Positions 40,859-53,983 of a DNA stretch of 64,000 nt are shown in pieces. The notes beneath the pieces are model-generated. The model saw only the letters and a list, made by a program, of their open reading frames with translations. It ran no database searches and was not told where the DNA came from. This DNA is from Amoeboaphelidium protococcarum X5 (lineage: Eukaryota; Fungi; Aphelidiomycota). A program made the translations under genes and the position numbers. The first letter of the stretch is position 1; each line of letters opens with the position of its first letter. The stretch lies in the NCBI GenBank assembly GCA_023515725.1, contig JALDTO010000098.1, positions 214,615 through 278,614 on the forward strand, given 5' to 3'.

Positions 40859-41173
40859 TCAACTCACCAGAATAGTATCATAAACACGCAGTCCTTCTGG
40901 TAGAGTCATGCCACCTTTTAACATGTATATATGCGGCTCTTCTCTCCGGAATTTCAATAATTCCAGCATATTATCGCTGGCGGGACGCAGAGACATCTCG
41001 TTGGGGATGGTTAATCTATTTCGTGGTTCCACTGGTGTCACCAATCCGTTAAAGTCCTTCAAATCAAACGACGTTCTCCTCAGTGCCATTTGATCTTGAT
41101 AAGATCGCAATTTCACAGGCATAGAGCTTTATAAGCGGTACAAACTATAAAGGGGCTGGGTTTATCTCTTCAT
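40859..41173 (-). pseudogene. Second Tse2-like ADP-ribosyltransferase copy, C-terminally truncated
   Basis: MKRQTQPLYSLYRLQSSMPVKLR...PNEMSLRP..GMTLPEGLRVY then diverges and stops. Lacks the HEHTDHHSLQ segment. Confidence 0.7.
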
Positions 41174-41361
41174 ATATTAGTTACATTGTACAAACACGCT
41201 GGTGTTACGAATTTGATACGAAGGTGTTCCTCGACGCGACTTGCCGTCCTTTGATGATCTCAATCAAGAAGACTGGTTTCACTTCTACTATAAGCGATCT
41301 TTTCTTGATTATCTCACAGTGAGTCTTAACCAATACTTGTTTTGAGTTGTATCTGTAAATC

Positions 41362-41667
41362 ATGAATTAAAGTTACTATTGTAAATAATGTGCTATCCAA
41401 GTTGCTGATGCCGATGCGTGTCTATCAAAAGCGTTTCATGGACGGCACGGGAAGGCATTTCTGTTCAACAAGGTGTAGAATGTTTCATTCGGGAGTGATG
41501 ATGAACGCCTTCTGATCACAGGACTGCATGTGGTGAATGATATCCGCTGCTCGGTCTGTGAAAGTTTGCTTGGATGGAAGTATGTGAAAGCATTTGAAGA
41601 ATCTTAAAAGTACAAAGAGGGAAAGTGTATTATTGAATAGCAGAGAATTGTCAAAAGATTTTAATGA
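41362..41667 (+). CDS. Yippee/Moh1-family zinc-binding protein
   Basis: 101 aa, missed by the ORF track. YYCKQC, SKAFHGRHGKAFLF, LITGLHVV.DIRCSVC..LGWKY..AFEESQKYKEGK. Confidence 0.93.
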
Positions 41668-42003
41668 AGTTTGATTCGAGGAACCTTTTGATTAACATTT
41701 CTGATATTCTATCTGACAACATAGTAATAAATTGAATTTCAACTGTATAGATAACTTGGCGAATACTTTTAAGTTTAATTTTCAAATTCTGGAATATCTA
41801 TGGTATACAGTATGATCAGTTGCTCTCGATTGCGGCTTGTTTCACTTTGATTGATCAATTCAGTGTCTTTCGCTTGTGATCTTGTCCATAGGACTACTTC
41901 ACAATACTCTGGTTACAAAGGCTTCTAGAGTACTTATATATTAAGAAATAAAATGCACTAAATAAGCTTAAAATGGATTGATACAGCTTAAAATACATAA
42001 ATT

Positions 42004-42649
42004 TCAATAATCATCCTCGGAATCCTCACAATTATAACGCTCATCAGAGGTAGATTATCCCGAGTTGCTGCTGCCAATCTTAAATAAAACGCCTACAATT
42101 CACACGCGCGTTAAAAACGCAAAAATACACGTGAAACTTTGCAATGGAATACTTACCACTCTTTTATAATCGCTACTCTAATGCGGCAGTTGTAAAGTCG
42201 TCAGTGTTGCCAAGATCTTCGAATCCAATTAACTTGTCAAGAGACAGGCCATTTATAAACACAATGACACATGGCAATACTTAAATTCGCATCTTTTACA
42301 CCAGGAAGGGACACCTCTCAGCACAAACTTTCACAAATTTCACGTTAAAGTGTCTCTCAGCCAGTACTTACAAGTGGCGATCCATAATCTAGCACCTAGG
42401 GAAATCTTGATGGTAAAAGTGTACAATGCATCGCTTAGTCTGTGTGGTAATTTCAAAGACTTCCTTTTCTGATTACACTTCTAGGTACTTGCCATGTTCC
42501 CTTTAGGAGTACTCTTGCCTCAACGCCTATTCTCTCTTCAATTGCTCGAATCTGGCTTCCCTTATATTCGCGTCCAGTTCCTCATTCTCCAACTCTTCGA
42601 AAATCTAATCCAAATCAGATTCTTATTCCAACTACTCTGCCCAATTCAT
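42004..42649 (-). CDS. Phosducin-like thioredoxin-fold protein (TXNDC9/PLP1-like); intron 42093-42156
   Basis: HGKYLEV..EKEVFE, CIVHFYH..FPRCQIMDRHL, PFLVQKMRIQVLPC, IGFEDLGNTDDFTT. Missed by the ORF track. Confidence 0.9.
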
Positions 42650-42884
42650 AATATTAGTTAGAAATGTCTATAGAACACTTTTTAAGTTGATTCTAATTCT
42701 GAGCGAGAAAACTCAACTGCGATCAAGAAAGCCTTACGATTCTGCCAGGAGGAGTTTCTCCTTTTCCCCGACGGTAATGACTTGAAGCCATATAGATCAT
42801 CATTTATCAACAACACTGCGAATATTAACATCACTATAATTGGAAGAGATTTGTGAGGAACATATCAATCCTCCCCTAATAATA

Positions 42885-45632
42885 ATGACTGACGTTAGGA
42901 ATAGAAAGAAATCACCTGGTGTTATAGACGAGGATGTTGATGATCATATAAACACCCATTAAAATAGGGAAATGAAGGCTCTATTATCTGGCTCGGCCTT
43001 CAAATCTGCTGCATATTTGAATATATCATAGGAAGAGAGACCACTACCTATTGTGTTTGTGTATCTACTGTTATTTATTATAGCTTTGATGACTTCTGCT
43101 GTCAGAACTACTCTACCTGAGGCATTGATGTCCGTCTCTGATCAATTTGGTGCCTTGAATGCAATGCTTCATCTTCGCAATATCACAGAGTTTTAGCATC
43201 CATGGGGATCCAATGCTAATATCAAGGTGGGCCAGTATATCGTAGAGTAGTTGCATAACTTGAAGCAGTAGGCCAATGTTAATGGTTACAGTCTCCAGAT
43301 TGAAGTGGATGATGACCAAATGGATTATCAAGGATTGTACTTTGTGCCTAGTAGTTCAATCACTATTGAGATTCCGTATAAGAGAGCCTTTGTTCGTTCA
43401 CCTCAGAACTGGCTTGTTGAACCACGTAATATTTATGCACTATTGTCTGTAGGCAGTGGTGGATAGTAATCACCGTAGAATAACACTTTAAGAAAGTGTA
43501 TTCTCGTCACTGGTCATTTTGATTCTGCAGTATCCTCGTACGGAGCATATGACGATGGTATGTCCATGGCGTAGATGCTAGAGATCATTAGAGCTCTTAT
43601 TGATACTAATGCTTAGTCACTATCTTAGCCGTGGAAGTATGACATTTTATTCATGTTTGGCGATGGTGAGGAAGTTGGTCTCCTGGATGCATTTATGTTT
43701 ACATCAAGTAAATGGTACAATAGAACGGCAATGTTCATCAATATGGAGGCTGGTGGCAATGGGAGACGGCCAATGATGTTCAGGTACAACGATTTGAATT
43801 TGAAATTAAGAGCGGCCTCGGTACTTCCCTATCCGCATATGGATGTTATTGGATCTGAGGCTTTCAAACTGGGACTTGTACCATCTGATACTAACTACCG
43901 TGTATTTGTGGATAATGCCAAATTACCTGGTCTGGATTTTGCATTCTATGAGAATAGATACAAGTATCACACGCACATGGATGAGTTTTCCGATGTTAAT
44001 CCTAAAACTGTTCAGCTGTTTGGTGGTAATATCCTGGCTTTGATTAAGCATCTGCTGTATAGTGATTATACACCTCAGAAAAACTCAAAGGGGAAATACT
44101 ACGACTCTTTCTATGTCGTGTTTGATTTCATGGGAAAATCAGTGGTTTAAATTGGATTTGGAGGTTATGTAGCGTTAATTGTTATATTTGTGGCTACCGC
44201 TAGTGCTTATTTGTACTTTCTACGTGGTTATGGGGAAGGTACTACTGAGCAGAGTAGTAGCAATGGATAGTCATTAAAGTAATCATTCAAAAATGTTGGA
44301 TGGCTTTTTCTGCACTTCTTCTTGAGCTTAATTGGCACTCTAATTGTATTCTATGTCGTACAGTTCTTCAATCCAGCTTATATTGGCACGAAGTTCTTGA
44401 CATGCTTTGCCATGTTGCTAATAATGATGCACGCTATTCTGTTTGTAATGAAGGATCATATTGCGAAGGATTCCCTTGTGATTGATAATTCAGTTTTGTT
44501 GATCTATTACTCTATTTGGAGTGTATTTGCTCTTATATTGGCCTTATTTGGCAGTGGTGTTCTATACCTAATGGTGTTTTGGTTGATTTTTGTATGCTGT
44601 GAGGCTTATATAAGAAAGGTAGCTATTTACTATCTTGCTAAAAGTGATTAAAAGCAAGAGATTGGAGTGGCTGCGAACGTGTTTTTGATTCTAGTCAGAA
44701 TGACTATTCCTATTATGATGACGTGGGACGCATTCGAAGTCTTGTATGAAGGCCTGGCTCCTGTAGTACTGGATGGATCTACGCCGTTCATGTCCTTTGT
44801 GTTGGCCTTTCTGTTTTGCACCTTGTTCTTTGTGCCATTTACACCCGAGTTATTACAAGCGTATCAATTCTCAAAGTCTTGGAAGTATGCTAGTATTACT
44901 CTCACCGCGATTCTTCTTCTGGTGTGTACCGTCTAGTTTCCATATTCTGACTGGAGAGCAGTGCGTATGAGACCATGGCTTACCGAGCGTATGACTGAAG
45001 GTTAGAATCAGAGTAGTGGTGTCAATGTGACGATGTACGGCGGATATGATGTTCTGTATTCGTTGAAGAGAAGTCAATTCGCGTCCAAGTACCAGTTTAC
45101 CTGTGGCTACATTGATCTCCTGATGCAGTTTGATCCTGCCAAGGACTTGCACTTGGAATCGTGCTGGTTTATGATGTAAAATCGTTCATTGGTACCTAGT
45201 GTTGATAAAGAGGTACTTGGTGTCAGTGTCAGTTCTTTTAATGCAAGCCAAATAAGTGGCGTGTTCTCTGCACCAGCTGGTTCATACAGCTGCGAGATGG
45301 TGATGAGATTCGATAAAGGGAGCATTGTTACTGCCAAATTTGAGCCAATGGAGAAGAGTGTCGTGCAATTGCCAGGATTGAATATACTAACTCTAATGGC
45401 CCTACGCAAGAATGCATAACAAGACTGGCAGTTGCCGTTCACGGTGCAGATTAAATCTCAAGATTGGAATTAGATGAATTTCACAGCCACTTGTTACTAT
45501 GATGACCTCGTACACCAAGTCCCATTGGTTGATGAGGTTATGAAAGAGTTTCCAGACTGGGTCACTGAATTCACCTTGGGCGAGAGAACTGCTGCATTAA
45601 TGAAGAACAGCATTTTACAGCGTGAACCTTGA
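42885..45632 (+). CDS. M28-family membrane metalloprotease (ERMP1/Pff1-like)
   Basis: 915 aa. GHFDS..GAYDDG, GEEVGLL, FINMEAGG, PSDTNYRVF, YHTHMD, followed by a multi-TM region. Confidence 0.9.
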
Positions 45633-45716
45633 ATTTTGAAAAACGTAATAAAAAAATGATAATTTTATTTATATTTGTCACAAATTGATTATCAGGTAGG
45701 TTAAAAAGGGTAACGA

Positions 45717-47179
45717 TCATAAAAAGTCCATGCCAACTCCAATCTGCAATTTAGGACCTCTCTTCATCCACTTGAAGTATGAATAAGATTCCTTGTCCAG
45801 CTGAGATTTCATGAATGGAAATGCCAAGTTAACCTCCAGTCGACACATTGGTGCACGGAATAGTAATCCCCATCCAACACTGCCTGCAATCGGAGTCTCT
45901 CTGATGGTCTACACTGAATTCTACACAGTCATGTCCTGATACAGAGAACCGACATTGACAAATGTATGAGACTTCAAATTGTTCCACTCTTTCAAGTATG
46001 GCAGTGCACTATACATAGACAGTCCTGCAGCCCAATAACTATTACCACCAATAGAGTTATACTTTTACTAAAGCTAGTCTGAATTCTTGATACCAGTCTC
46101 TAAAGAGCCAGAGAGAGTATGAGCCTTACAGCCAATACCGCGCATAGAAAATCCCCTTATATCAGATGGACCACCCAAGACAAATCTGTCATATATGGGC
46201 AATTGAGAATTTGACATAGACCCACCAAATGGACTAATAAAGCCGCCAGATAATGAAGCATTAATAATCACATTCTCAGAAACCTATTTACAGTACTGAA
46301 ACAAAGCTGTGCTCTTCATAAATCCATCAGTTCCCTAAAGCAGAGACAATTCATTGACCACCTTTAATAACTTACCTTCAGACGGTATGAATAAATCATT
46401 TCTCTCATCACGTACAAATTCGAATTAAGCACTCAGTTTATTCGACAATTTAGCATTCTCCCTCACGTACATGGACGCATCCGCATGGATATTGGTCATC
46501 TCTCGAAAGTGATTGAACAGTGACGCTGTATGATATCCATACTTGGTCATGAAATTCCATTTACACCCAACAGCAGTGTCCACTTGATGAAATGCACTAG
46601 ACTGAGTGTAGTCATGAGATTTCTTGTACGCCACCACCTCCAGCGAAGATTCACGCAGACTATAGAGAGGTTTACGCGCTTGAAGTTCAAATGAGAAATT
46701 GGTCAAAGTACCGCGAGATGCAGACACAGACACAAACTCTCCTCCACCAAGAGCATTACGCAGCACACCCTGTATATTGACGTCAGCCTCATTGCGGTCG
46801 AATTCCGTGCCAGATTTGATGTGGATGCGCGGCCTCTCACGCAGAGTCAACTTTAACTCCATGGGAACTGAGTCTCTATCGCGATCACTCACATTCAAAT
46901 ACTTGTCATCTTCCGGGTAATTGAAGACGACATCCACAGACTGGAATATACCGAGCTTAGTTAACTTGTCCAATTACACGTGAGTTTACTTGAACACGTC
47001 TCGGAATGGCTGATTCTACATCTCCATTATGGGATCAAAGTACATCTAAAGCACAGACTTATTCGTATACTCAACTCCCTCAACATCAACTACATTCACA
47101 TAAATATATATTATTAAATTCTTAAAGTGATGAATATTAACTATTACTTACTCTTGTTTATAACCACTTTTCTATCCAT
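45717..47179 (-). CDS. SAM50: Mitochondrial outer-membrane beta-barrel Sam50; intron 47090-47151
   Basis: POTRA (LTKLGIFQSV), LRNALGGGE, DRFVLGGPSDIRGF, RLEVNL, C-terminal beta-signal QIGVGMDFL. Confidence 0.92.
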
Positions 47180-47305
47180 TTTAACTAGTATTGAGTAAGC
47201 CCTATAGATTACTGTTAGATTTACGCCGTATCGTCGCGCTTAATAGTCTTTAAGAGAATTACACTGCTTTCAATAACACGTAACTTTACGTGCATAAGTT
47301 GAAGT

Positions 47306-48923
47306 ATGAGTAACGACAATTAAATGCTTACTTCAAAATAGTAGCGATATGATAGACAATTGAGGTAGGCTTTAATACATTTAGATTATGCGAATTCAAT
47401 AAACATTATATTCATGTAGATTGTGGCATGAGCATGGATAGTAACGGTTGGATGAGAGTCACGTACTTTTAATTAATGCGGATGCTACTGGGAGTGAGGT
47501 GTTGAAGAATTTAGTTCTGCCAGGGATTGGATAGTTTACTGTGATGGATTAAGATTTGGTTACAGAGCTGGATTTGGCTAGCAATTTCTATGTCGATCAT
47601 GAATCTATTGGTTCTCCGCGTGCTGATACCGTTTGTAAACGGCTGATGGAGTTGAACGAAGCTGTCATTGGTCACCCTGTTATTCCCACTGATGGTTCTT
47701 ATAAGAAACTATTGGAAGATTCCGATTATTTGAAATAATTCACATTGGTTATTGCAAGTAATCTTCCACTTGACGTTCTTATTCCACTCTCAACGCGGTG
47801 TAATGCTAATAGATAGCCTCTAGTTGTCGTATATACTTGCGGATTTTATGGTTATGTCAGATTGCAACTTCCAGAGCATTGTGTGATTGAAGCTCATCCA
47901 GAGAATGTCATAGACTTGCGTATTGCTGATCCGTGGAGTGAATTACGTGAACTTGCCGCGGAAGTTGATCTATAAAACAAGGATTCCATGTACAAGTCTC
48001 ATATTCCATATTCTCTACTGCTTTTATCGTACTAACGCGTGTGGAATGAGCAGCACGATACTCAACTCTGTAGACGGGACTTGGAGGAATTTAAAAAGTT
48101 TATGCTCAGCGATGCTCCTCAGGATGACTCTGAAAACTATCATGAAGCTTGTCGCAACGCTTACAGATTGGTTTAGCAGTAATAGAAATTACCTTCAAAT
48201 TTGGAGCAATTGTTTGCTGTGAATACAAAGTTGACCTCTGATACTGAGGATTTCTGGTTCTTGGTTCAGGCATTAAAGGCATTTTACAAAAGTAGCAATG
48301 ACTAGTTGCCTCTAATAGGATCTCTACCTGACATGAAAGCTGATACTGAACAGTACATCTAGTTGCAACGTGTTTACAAAGCGAAAGCTACCGAAGATTG
48401 TTCGATAATGCAGTAAAATGTTGATTAACTTACGAAAGAGCATGGTAGACCATCTATCAGTGCTGATCTAGTTTAAAAATTCTGCAAGAATGCATAATTT
48501 ATTCGCGTCGATTAGTATTCTACAATCGCTGATGAGTTCAAGTCGCAGTAACTAAATAGTGAAAAACATTTAGAGGATGCAGATGCGATTTATATCTCTT
48601 TGCGTGCAGCACTAAAGTTTGCCTCAATAAATGGACGAATGCCCGGTTATGGAGTTGATGACAGTTGGGATTAGGATGTACAGTAGCTTCAATCAATCAC
48701 TCAGGAATTGTTGTAACAGCGCGTATTGACCAATTAATTGCTGAAAACACTTTATGAATTTGCTAGAGCTGGCAATGCCCAAGTGCATTCAACTTGCGCA
48801 TATATTGGTGGTCTGGCTAGTCAGGAGTGTTTGAAGATTATGACAAAGCAGTACATTCCAGTGAACAACACTATTATCTATGATGGTATGAATTCGCTTC
48901 CATCCATACGAAAATATGGGTGA
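47306..48923 (+). CDS. NAE1: NEDD8-activating enzyme E1 regulatory subunit (NAE1/APP-BP1/Ula1); intron 47365-47419
   Basis: YDRQLR|LWHEHGQ, GSEVLKNLVLPGIG, LPDMKADT, AYIGGLASQECLKIMTKQYIPVNNT. Confidence 0.92.
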
Positions 48924-49179
48924 TCATCTGTTAAATAGTTCTAGGTGCTTATTATAAATAAATCTTAAATTTTCCTGTAATGGAAGATGTGTAGTCGCAA
49001 AGTTCTAAAGTCCAAAATTTCCGCGACTAAGCTTGAAATTTGAGCGTTTATGAAGCAGTGTGCAGCACCACCTCGTACCTTAACGTGTATAAAAAGCTTA
49101 AGATGCAAAGACAGCATAGCAAAAATAATTAATTGGTCATATTCTCAAAATCAGAATATCAACGTAGCATTATGACACC

Positions 49180-49779
49180 TCATTGGCCGAACTATAATCG
49201 GACCATCATAAAATTGCCTTCAAACGGTACTTGACAAATTATTTAGGGCGACGGAATGTAGCTTGCCATTTTTCTTCTCATGTCCTAATGATTGCTGTAA
49301 TCTACTAGAACATCCTAAAAACGACCAGATTATGGGCACTTGGCAACTCGTTCAAGATAGCTTTATTATATTTCTCTCTGCTGGGCCTCGAGCAGTGCAA
49401 TTTTATTAATCAGGGGCTACTCGTGCTCCATACGATCTTCAATCATTAGCACCAATTCTGGCAGCTCAAAGAAATCAGCCTATCGGCGCAAAATGGATAG
49501 CGTGGCATAATCGATTCCTAGCTCCAGTTCATCATAACGCAAATAATTCAGAACCCATCTAAAGGCTGTGCCATCCTAATCCAGGAACATGGGATCAACA
49601 GTGCGGTGCCAGCGGTCCAACCAAACGCGAAAAAATGGCGATTTTTACAAGGTTTCTGCTGATGACGCGTAAAAACGACCGCCGACGTTAAGTGCCACCA
49701 GATTTGCTTAAATATGACCTGCGAAAAGTAGTAGGCAGATTGCCAGAGGTGCCAAAATACGGCGGATATAGGAATGCAT
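49180..49779 (-). CDS. Secreted BTB/POZ (KCTD/T1-type) domain protein, 199 aa
   Basis: Correct frame absent from the ORF track. MHSYIRRILAPLAICLLLFAGHIQA signal peptide, then LVALNVGGRFYASSAETL..SPFF..FLDQDGTAFRWVLNYLR..QADFFELPELV. Confidence 0.85.
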
Positions 49780-50421
49780 GCTGATCTTCTAAATCGTGAA
49801 GTGTCGAAGTTGACGCGGACTAAAGAGAGGAGTGATATTGAATGTAAAGGCATCAAGGGGCAGTTTAGAGATCTTAATTAAATTACAAAACATGTGCCTA
49901 TAAATGGCTTATTTACTGTACATCTATAAAATTGAACCAGATGGCTTACAATCATTCTAAAAATTTTAAAGTAATGACATTAAAATTTCACATCATGATG
50001 AATTTGGGCAGGGAGCAGATATAATGAAACAAGATCATCTCTTTTAGAATAAGTAATCATACACTTGAAACTAATTTCACATTACCGTATGTATATAGCG
50101 CGGAGAGTAAGTTTACAGAGGGAGCCGTCTACAACAGCAAGGACCGAATGTAACAGAGATAGCAACGATTCAAGAATATGCCTGGTGCATTAACAGCCAA
50201 TCATTTTGATCACACGGACAGTCGCAGCGTTGCGCCCGGAATTCGTCTTCTCACGCGGAATTTCCCTCAGCCTGATCACTCGCTCTCTTTCGTTTCTCCT
50301 TACATCAAGTCATTGGATTTGATTATAATTTGTCTCTCTCTCTCTCTTATCATTAAAATAATCAAGTTAAGTGACCTGAAATTATCGTAATCTAATACGG
50401 TAGTGTGAAAGTAACTAAAGG

Positions 50422-51636
50422 ATGACACAGAATATGAACGGTAGTAATTTCTAAAGTGGTAGATAGCAGAAAGCTTATACTAGCGCTCCATCCTCATCAA
50501 TTCCAATATCGCGCTAGTAGTAGTAATAGCATGGATTTCTGACATCTCATTAATCTACTTAGCTGTAGCGATAACAATAACAACTATTGTAATCGCGTCA
50601 GAATTAATTTAATCATCAATTTGGTGGTGTTGATGGTAACGGTAATGGGAATTCTGGATTGATGCTTGGTAATCAGTAGCAGTAATCGTAATTTCTCACC
50701 AGTCCTAATAATCTCATGATGCCGTAAAGTGCACCAGTCACTTTTGGTGGTGGAATGTCGAATTATGCAGCGATGCGGTAAAGTGCTGGTGGTAATTTCT
50801 CCTTTGGGTTCAATCAGTAGCAGCAGTAGCCATAATAGCAAATGTAGACGATCAATCCTCAAATGCTGCATGATGATCACCTATTGGATGAACTAACTGC
50901 TGACATGCTACTGAATGATGACATGTTCCCACTTAATTTGGATGGACATTAGTAAAGCTAGAATGATCTCTTATCTCCTAGTAATAATCCGAATGATCTT
51001 GGCGATGACATGGATGATGGTTGTTCTCCGTACTAATCCACATCTCCCATCATATTTGGCAGTAGTAGTTTTAATCCTAGTGCATTGTCTGCTGGTAGTT
51101 AGGGATTTTAGCGAAGTGCTAGAGGTAGTGGTAGTTCACTTTCAGGTGCTGTGAACAGTGCCGATACTAAGCCTCGCGCTATCATCAGAAAGGCGCGTGC
51201 CAGCTCTAATGCTCACTCTGTAAACACGAGTCAGGAGTTTGATGTTGATGTCAAACCTGGTGCTGGTAATAGCAGTAGTAATTCTCATATCATCAGTCAG
51301 TCATTTCCTGGTAGTACACTCTCTAATGATACAATCAATGAGGATGATAGCTAGTCTGGTAGTCTGCATAAGCACATCAGCGAGCTGGAGAAGCGTAGAA
51401 GGCGGCGAGAGTCACATAACGCGGTGGAGAGGCGACGAAGAGATAATATCAATGAGCGTATTTAAGAATTATCTACCATGGTTCCTCCTCTACCTGCGGG
51501 TGAAGATGATGGCAAGATGCATAAAGGGTCCATTCTGAAGCGATCTATTGACTACATTAGATATCTCTAACGCGAGAATGAACATCTCAGGCATAGACTC
51601 AAACGCTACGAATAGTCTTTTGGCGCCATTGAATGA
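50422..51636 (+). CDS. bHLH-Zip transcription factor (MiT/TFE-Rtg3-like)
   Basis: 404 aa. Q/N-rich N-terminus. KRRRRESHNAVERRRRDNINERIQEL..KGSILKRSIDYIRYLQ. Confidence 0.88.
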
Positions 51637-51870
51637 TAAGAATTGAATAAACTTTGAAGTCATTACTTTTTGATTCTATTTATTTTTCCTGTTTACTTCG
51701 ACGATATAAATTAAATCTTATAACCTTCTCGTTCAGTATGTCGTTTCACCCTTAGAATCTTTTAGCCGCAGTTCCGTAGCTTTGAAACGCGTCCACTTTT
51801 CCACTTGTCGCTTGAGGAAATATCCCGCTGAAATACTCTCTTGATAACACACACACACACCCTATTGAGA

Positions 51871-52587
51871 ATGAGTATAGTGGCAAAGCAAGTGACCACA
51901 TGTAGTAATTAGGTGGAAGCCATCTCGCGAAATATTTATAATGGCTATGCTGAAATATTGCAAGAATTCGCCGGTGAATTGGTTGAAGGTTAGTTGTAAG
52001 ATGGCTCTTTGGAGGAAGTCCGCGCTCTTGTGGATTAGCTGGTATAGGCGCATTAAGAAAATACAGCCTTGTAGCAGTCTCTTGGTTAGTTCAAGATGAG
52101 TGAATACGCTGAAATTGTGGAGTCGACTGATGGTAGTGTTTCCCAATATATTGAGACATTAAAGCGCATACAGCTCGAAGAACTGAAAGAGCGAGTCGCC
52201 CGTCATCCATTTCACGTTGGACTGGAGGCTGCTATCGAGGAGGCGCGTAAGAATCTTGTGGATTCTGATGACGAGATGGATGTAGAAGAAGATGCAGATG
52301 CTGATATGGTGGTGGCCAAGACTAAGCAAAGTACTATTTGCCCTATTTCGCAGACTACCCTTGTCAATCCACAGATGAGCACCAGGTGTGGACACACTTT
52401 CTCGCATGATGTTATTCATGCATGGCTTGGTCAGAATGCTGGTGGTTAGAAAGTATGCCCAGTTGCTGGATGTAATCAGATTATATCTGCAGCTACCTTA
52501 GTTCTGAACAAGAAGATGGTAAAGTAGTTGAAGAAGGAAGCCGCCAATGCCAAAGGTTAGGATGATGATGTGACTGTTTTACTGTGA
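51871..52587 (+). CDS. NSE2: SP-RING SUMO E3 ligase Nse2/Mms21
   Basis: 238 aa. DADMVV..STICPISQTTLVNP..CGHTFS..I..CPVAGC. Confidence 0.85.
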
Positions 52588-52698
52588 ATAATCTCCTCTA
52601 ATTAATGTATTTATGTTCTTTAATGAAATTAAAATCGTCAATATAAGACTACCTTGATTTAGTCATTGTATTAGTTCAATCGATTTCAATAATGATGA

Positions 52699-53151
52699 TC
52701 ATTCGTAGATCTGCTTGTCAACGGAGCGCTCGTAGGCCAATACTCCCTCCGAGAACCACAACTTAATCTCACGCTCGGCACTCTCCACAGAGTCAGAGCC
52801 ATGGACAATGTTACGGCCAACATCGATACAGAAGTCGCCTCTGATGGTACCTGGCTGGGAGTCAAGAGGGTTGGTAGCACCCAACATCATACGGCCAGTC
52901 TTGACAACACCCTTACCAGACCATACCATAGCTACAACAGGACCGCTGCTCATGTACTTGATCAGACCGGCAAAGAATCCCTTGCCCTTCAAATCCTTGT
53001 AGTGCTCCTCCAGCAAGTTGGCATTTGGGTGGGTCATCTTCATGGCCAGCAGTTGGAATCCACGGTTCTCGAATCTCTTGATGATCTCACCAACCAGTCC
53101 ACGCTGGACACCATCCGGCTTCACCATTATGTAAGTACGTTCTTGAGGCAT
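52699..53151 (-). CDS. NDK1: Nucleoside diphosphate kinase
   Basis: [37 protein letters not shown]. Confidence 0.97.
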   Translation of the reverse strand: MPQERTYIMVKPDGVQRGLVGEIIKRFENRGFQLLAMKMTHPNANLLEEHYKDLKGKGFFAGLIKYMSSGPVVAMVWSGKGVVKTGRMMLGATNPLDSQPGTIRGDFCIDVGRNIVHGSDSVESAEREIKLWFSEGVLAYERSVDKQIYE

Positions 53152-53819
53152 TTTGTGATGTTTGTTTAGTACTTGTTAGTCCAAATCTACACAGTAATAA
53201 TCACTAAAATGTCAAATCAGAACGCGAATTATAATGATTAACTTACTAGGTTCAAGTTAAGTGCAATTGTGCAATAGCAGTAAATAGAGTAAAATGATGA
53301 AGAGAGACCTTAGAAAACGCGCTCGCATTTAACGCGACAACATTCGCCCGATCCACGACGAAGAAAAGTGAACAAGTATTATGCTGTTTATAAATGAATG
53401 CATGGCGTAAAGTAATAACGTCGGCTCGGATGGTCATTGAACGCGCGATTCAGCGATTGATGCACTCAATATGTAATTATTACTACAGCACTTGAAGACG
53501 TAGACGCTGAATACATATTAAGTTGCATGTGAAACCATCCTAATAGATATTTCATCATCGCTCATGTCTTTGTTGAACTGGCCATTATGCCACGCGTTCG
53601 GTTAAGGCTGATGATGGATTCAAGTTGAAACGATCGCTGTTTCCGTTCCTTCAAGATTCGTCGCGGCGCGCGTGGAATAGTACGACGTTGCTCTCACTAA
53701 CTTCCCTTAATAACACACGCAGACAATAGTAGAGCTCTGCCTATTCCACTTATATAGATACTCTATCCATAGTGCATACATTACTTCTGAAAATACTTTG
53801 AATTTTTATTATTAGAGAT

Positions 53820-53931
53820 ATGATGGCGATGAATAAAAAGCCTGGAAATGAGTTGCCATCTAAAGAAGCGGCATTGTTCAAGTAGATTCTGGTAAGACTT
53901 TAATACATATATGATCTCTTATATCGACTTC

Positions 53932-53983
<52 letters not shown>

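Noticed and set aside
49548-49856. 102-aa minus-strand ORF in the track
   Set aside because: Wrong frame. The overlapping table-6 frame 49180-49779 encodes a clear signal peptide plus BTB domain.
53160-53810. Longer intergenic region with several ACGCG (MCB-like) words; possible ncRNA
   Set aside because: ACGCG is common throughout the window, including in CDS, and I could not recognise a tRNA, snRNA or snoRNA structure.
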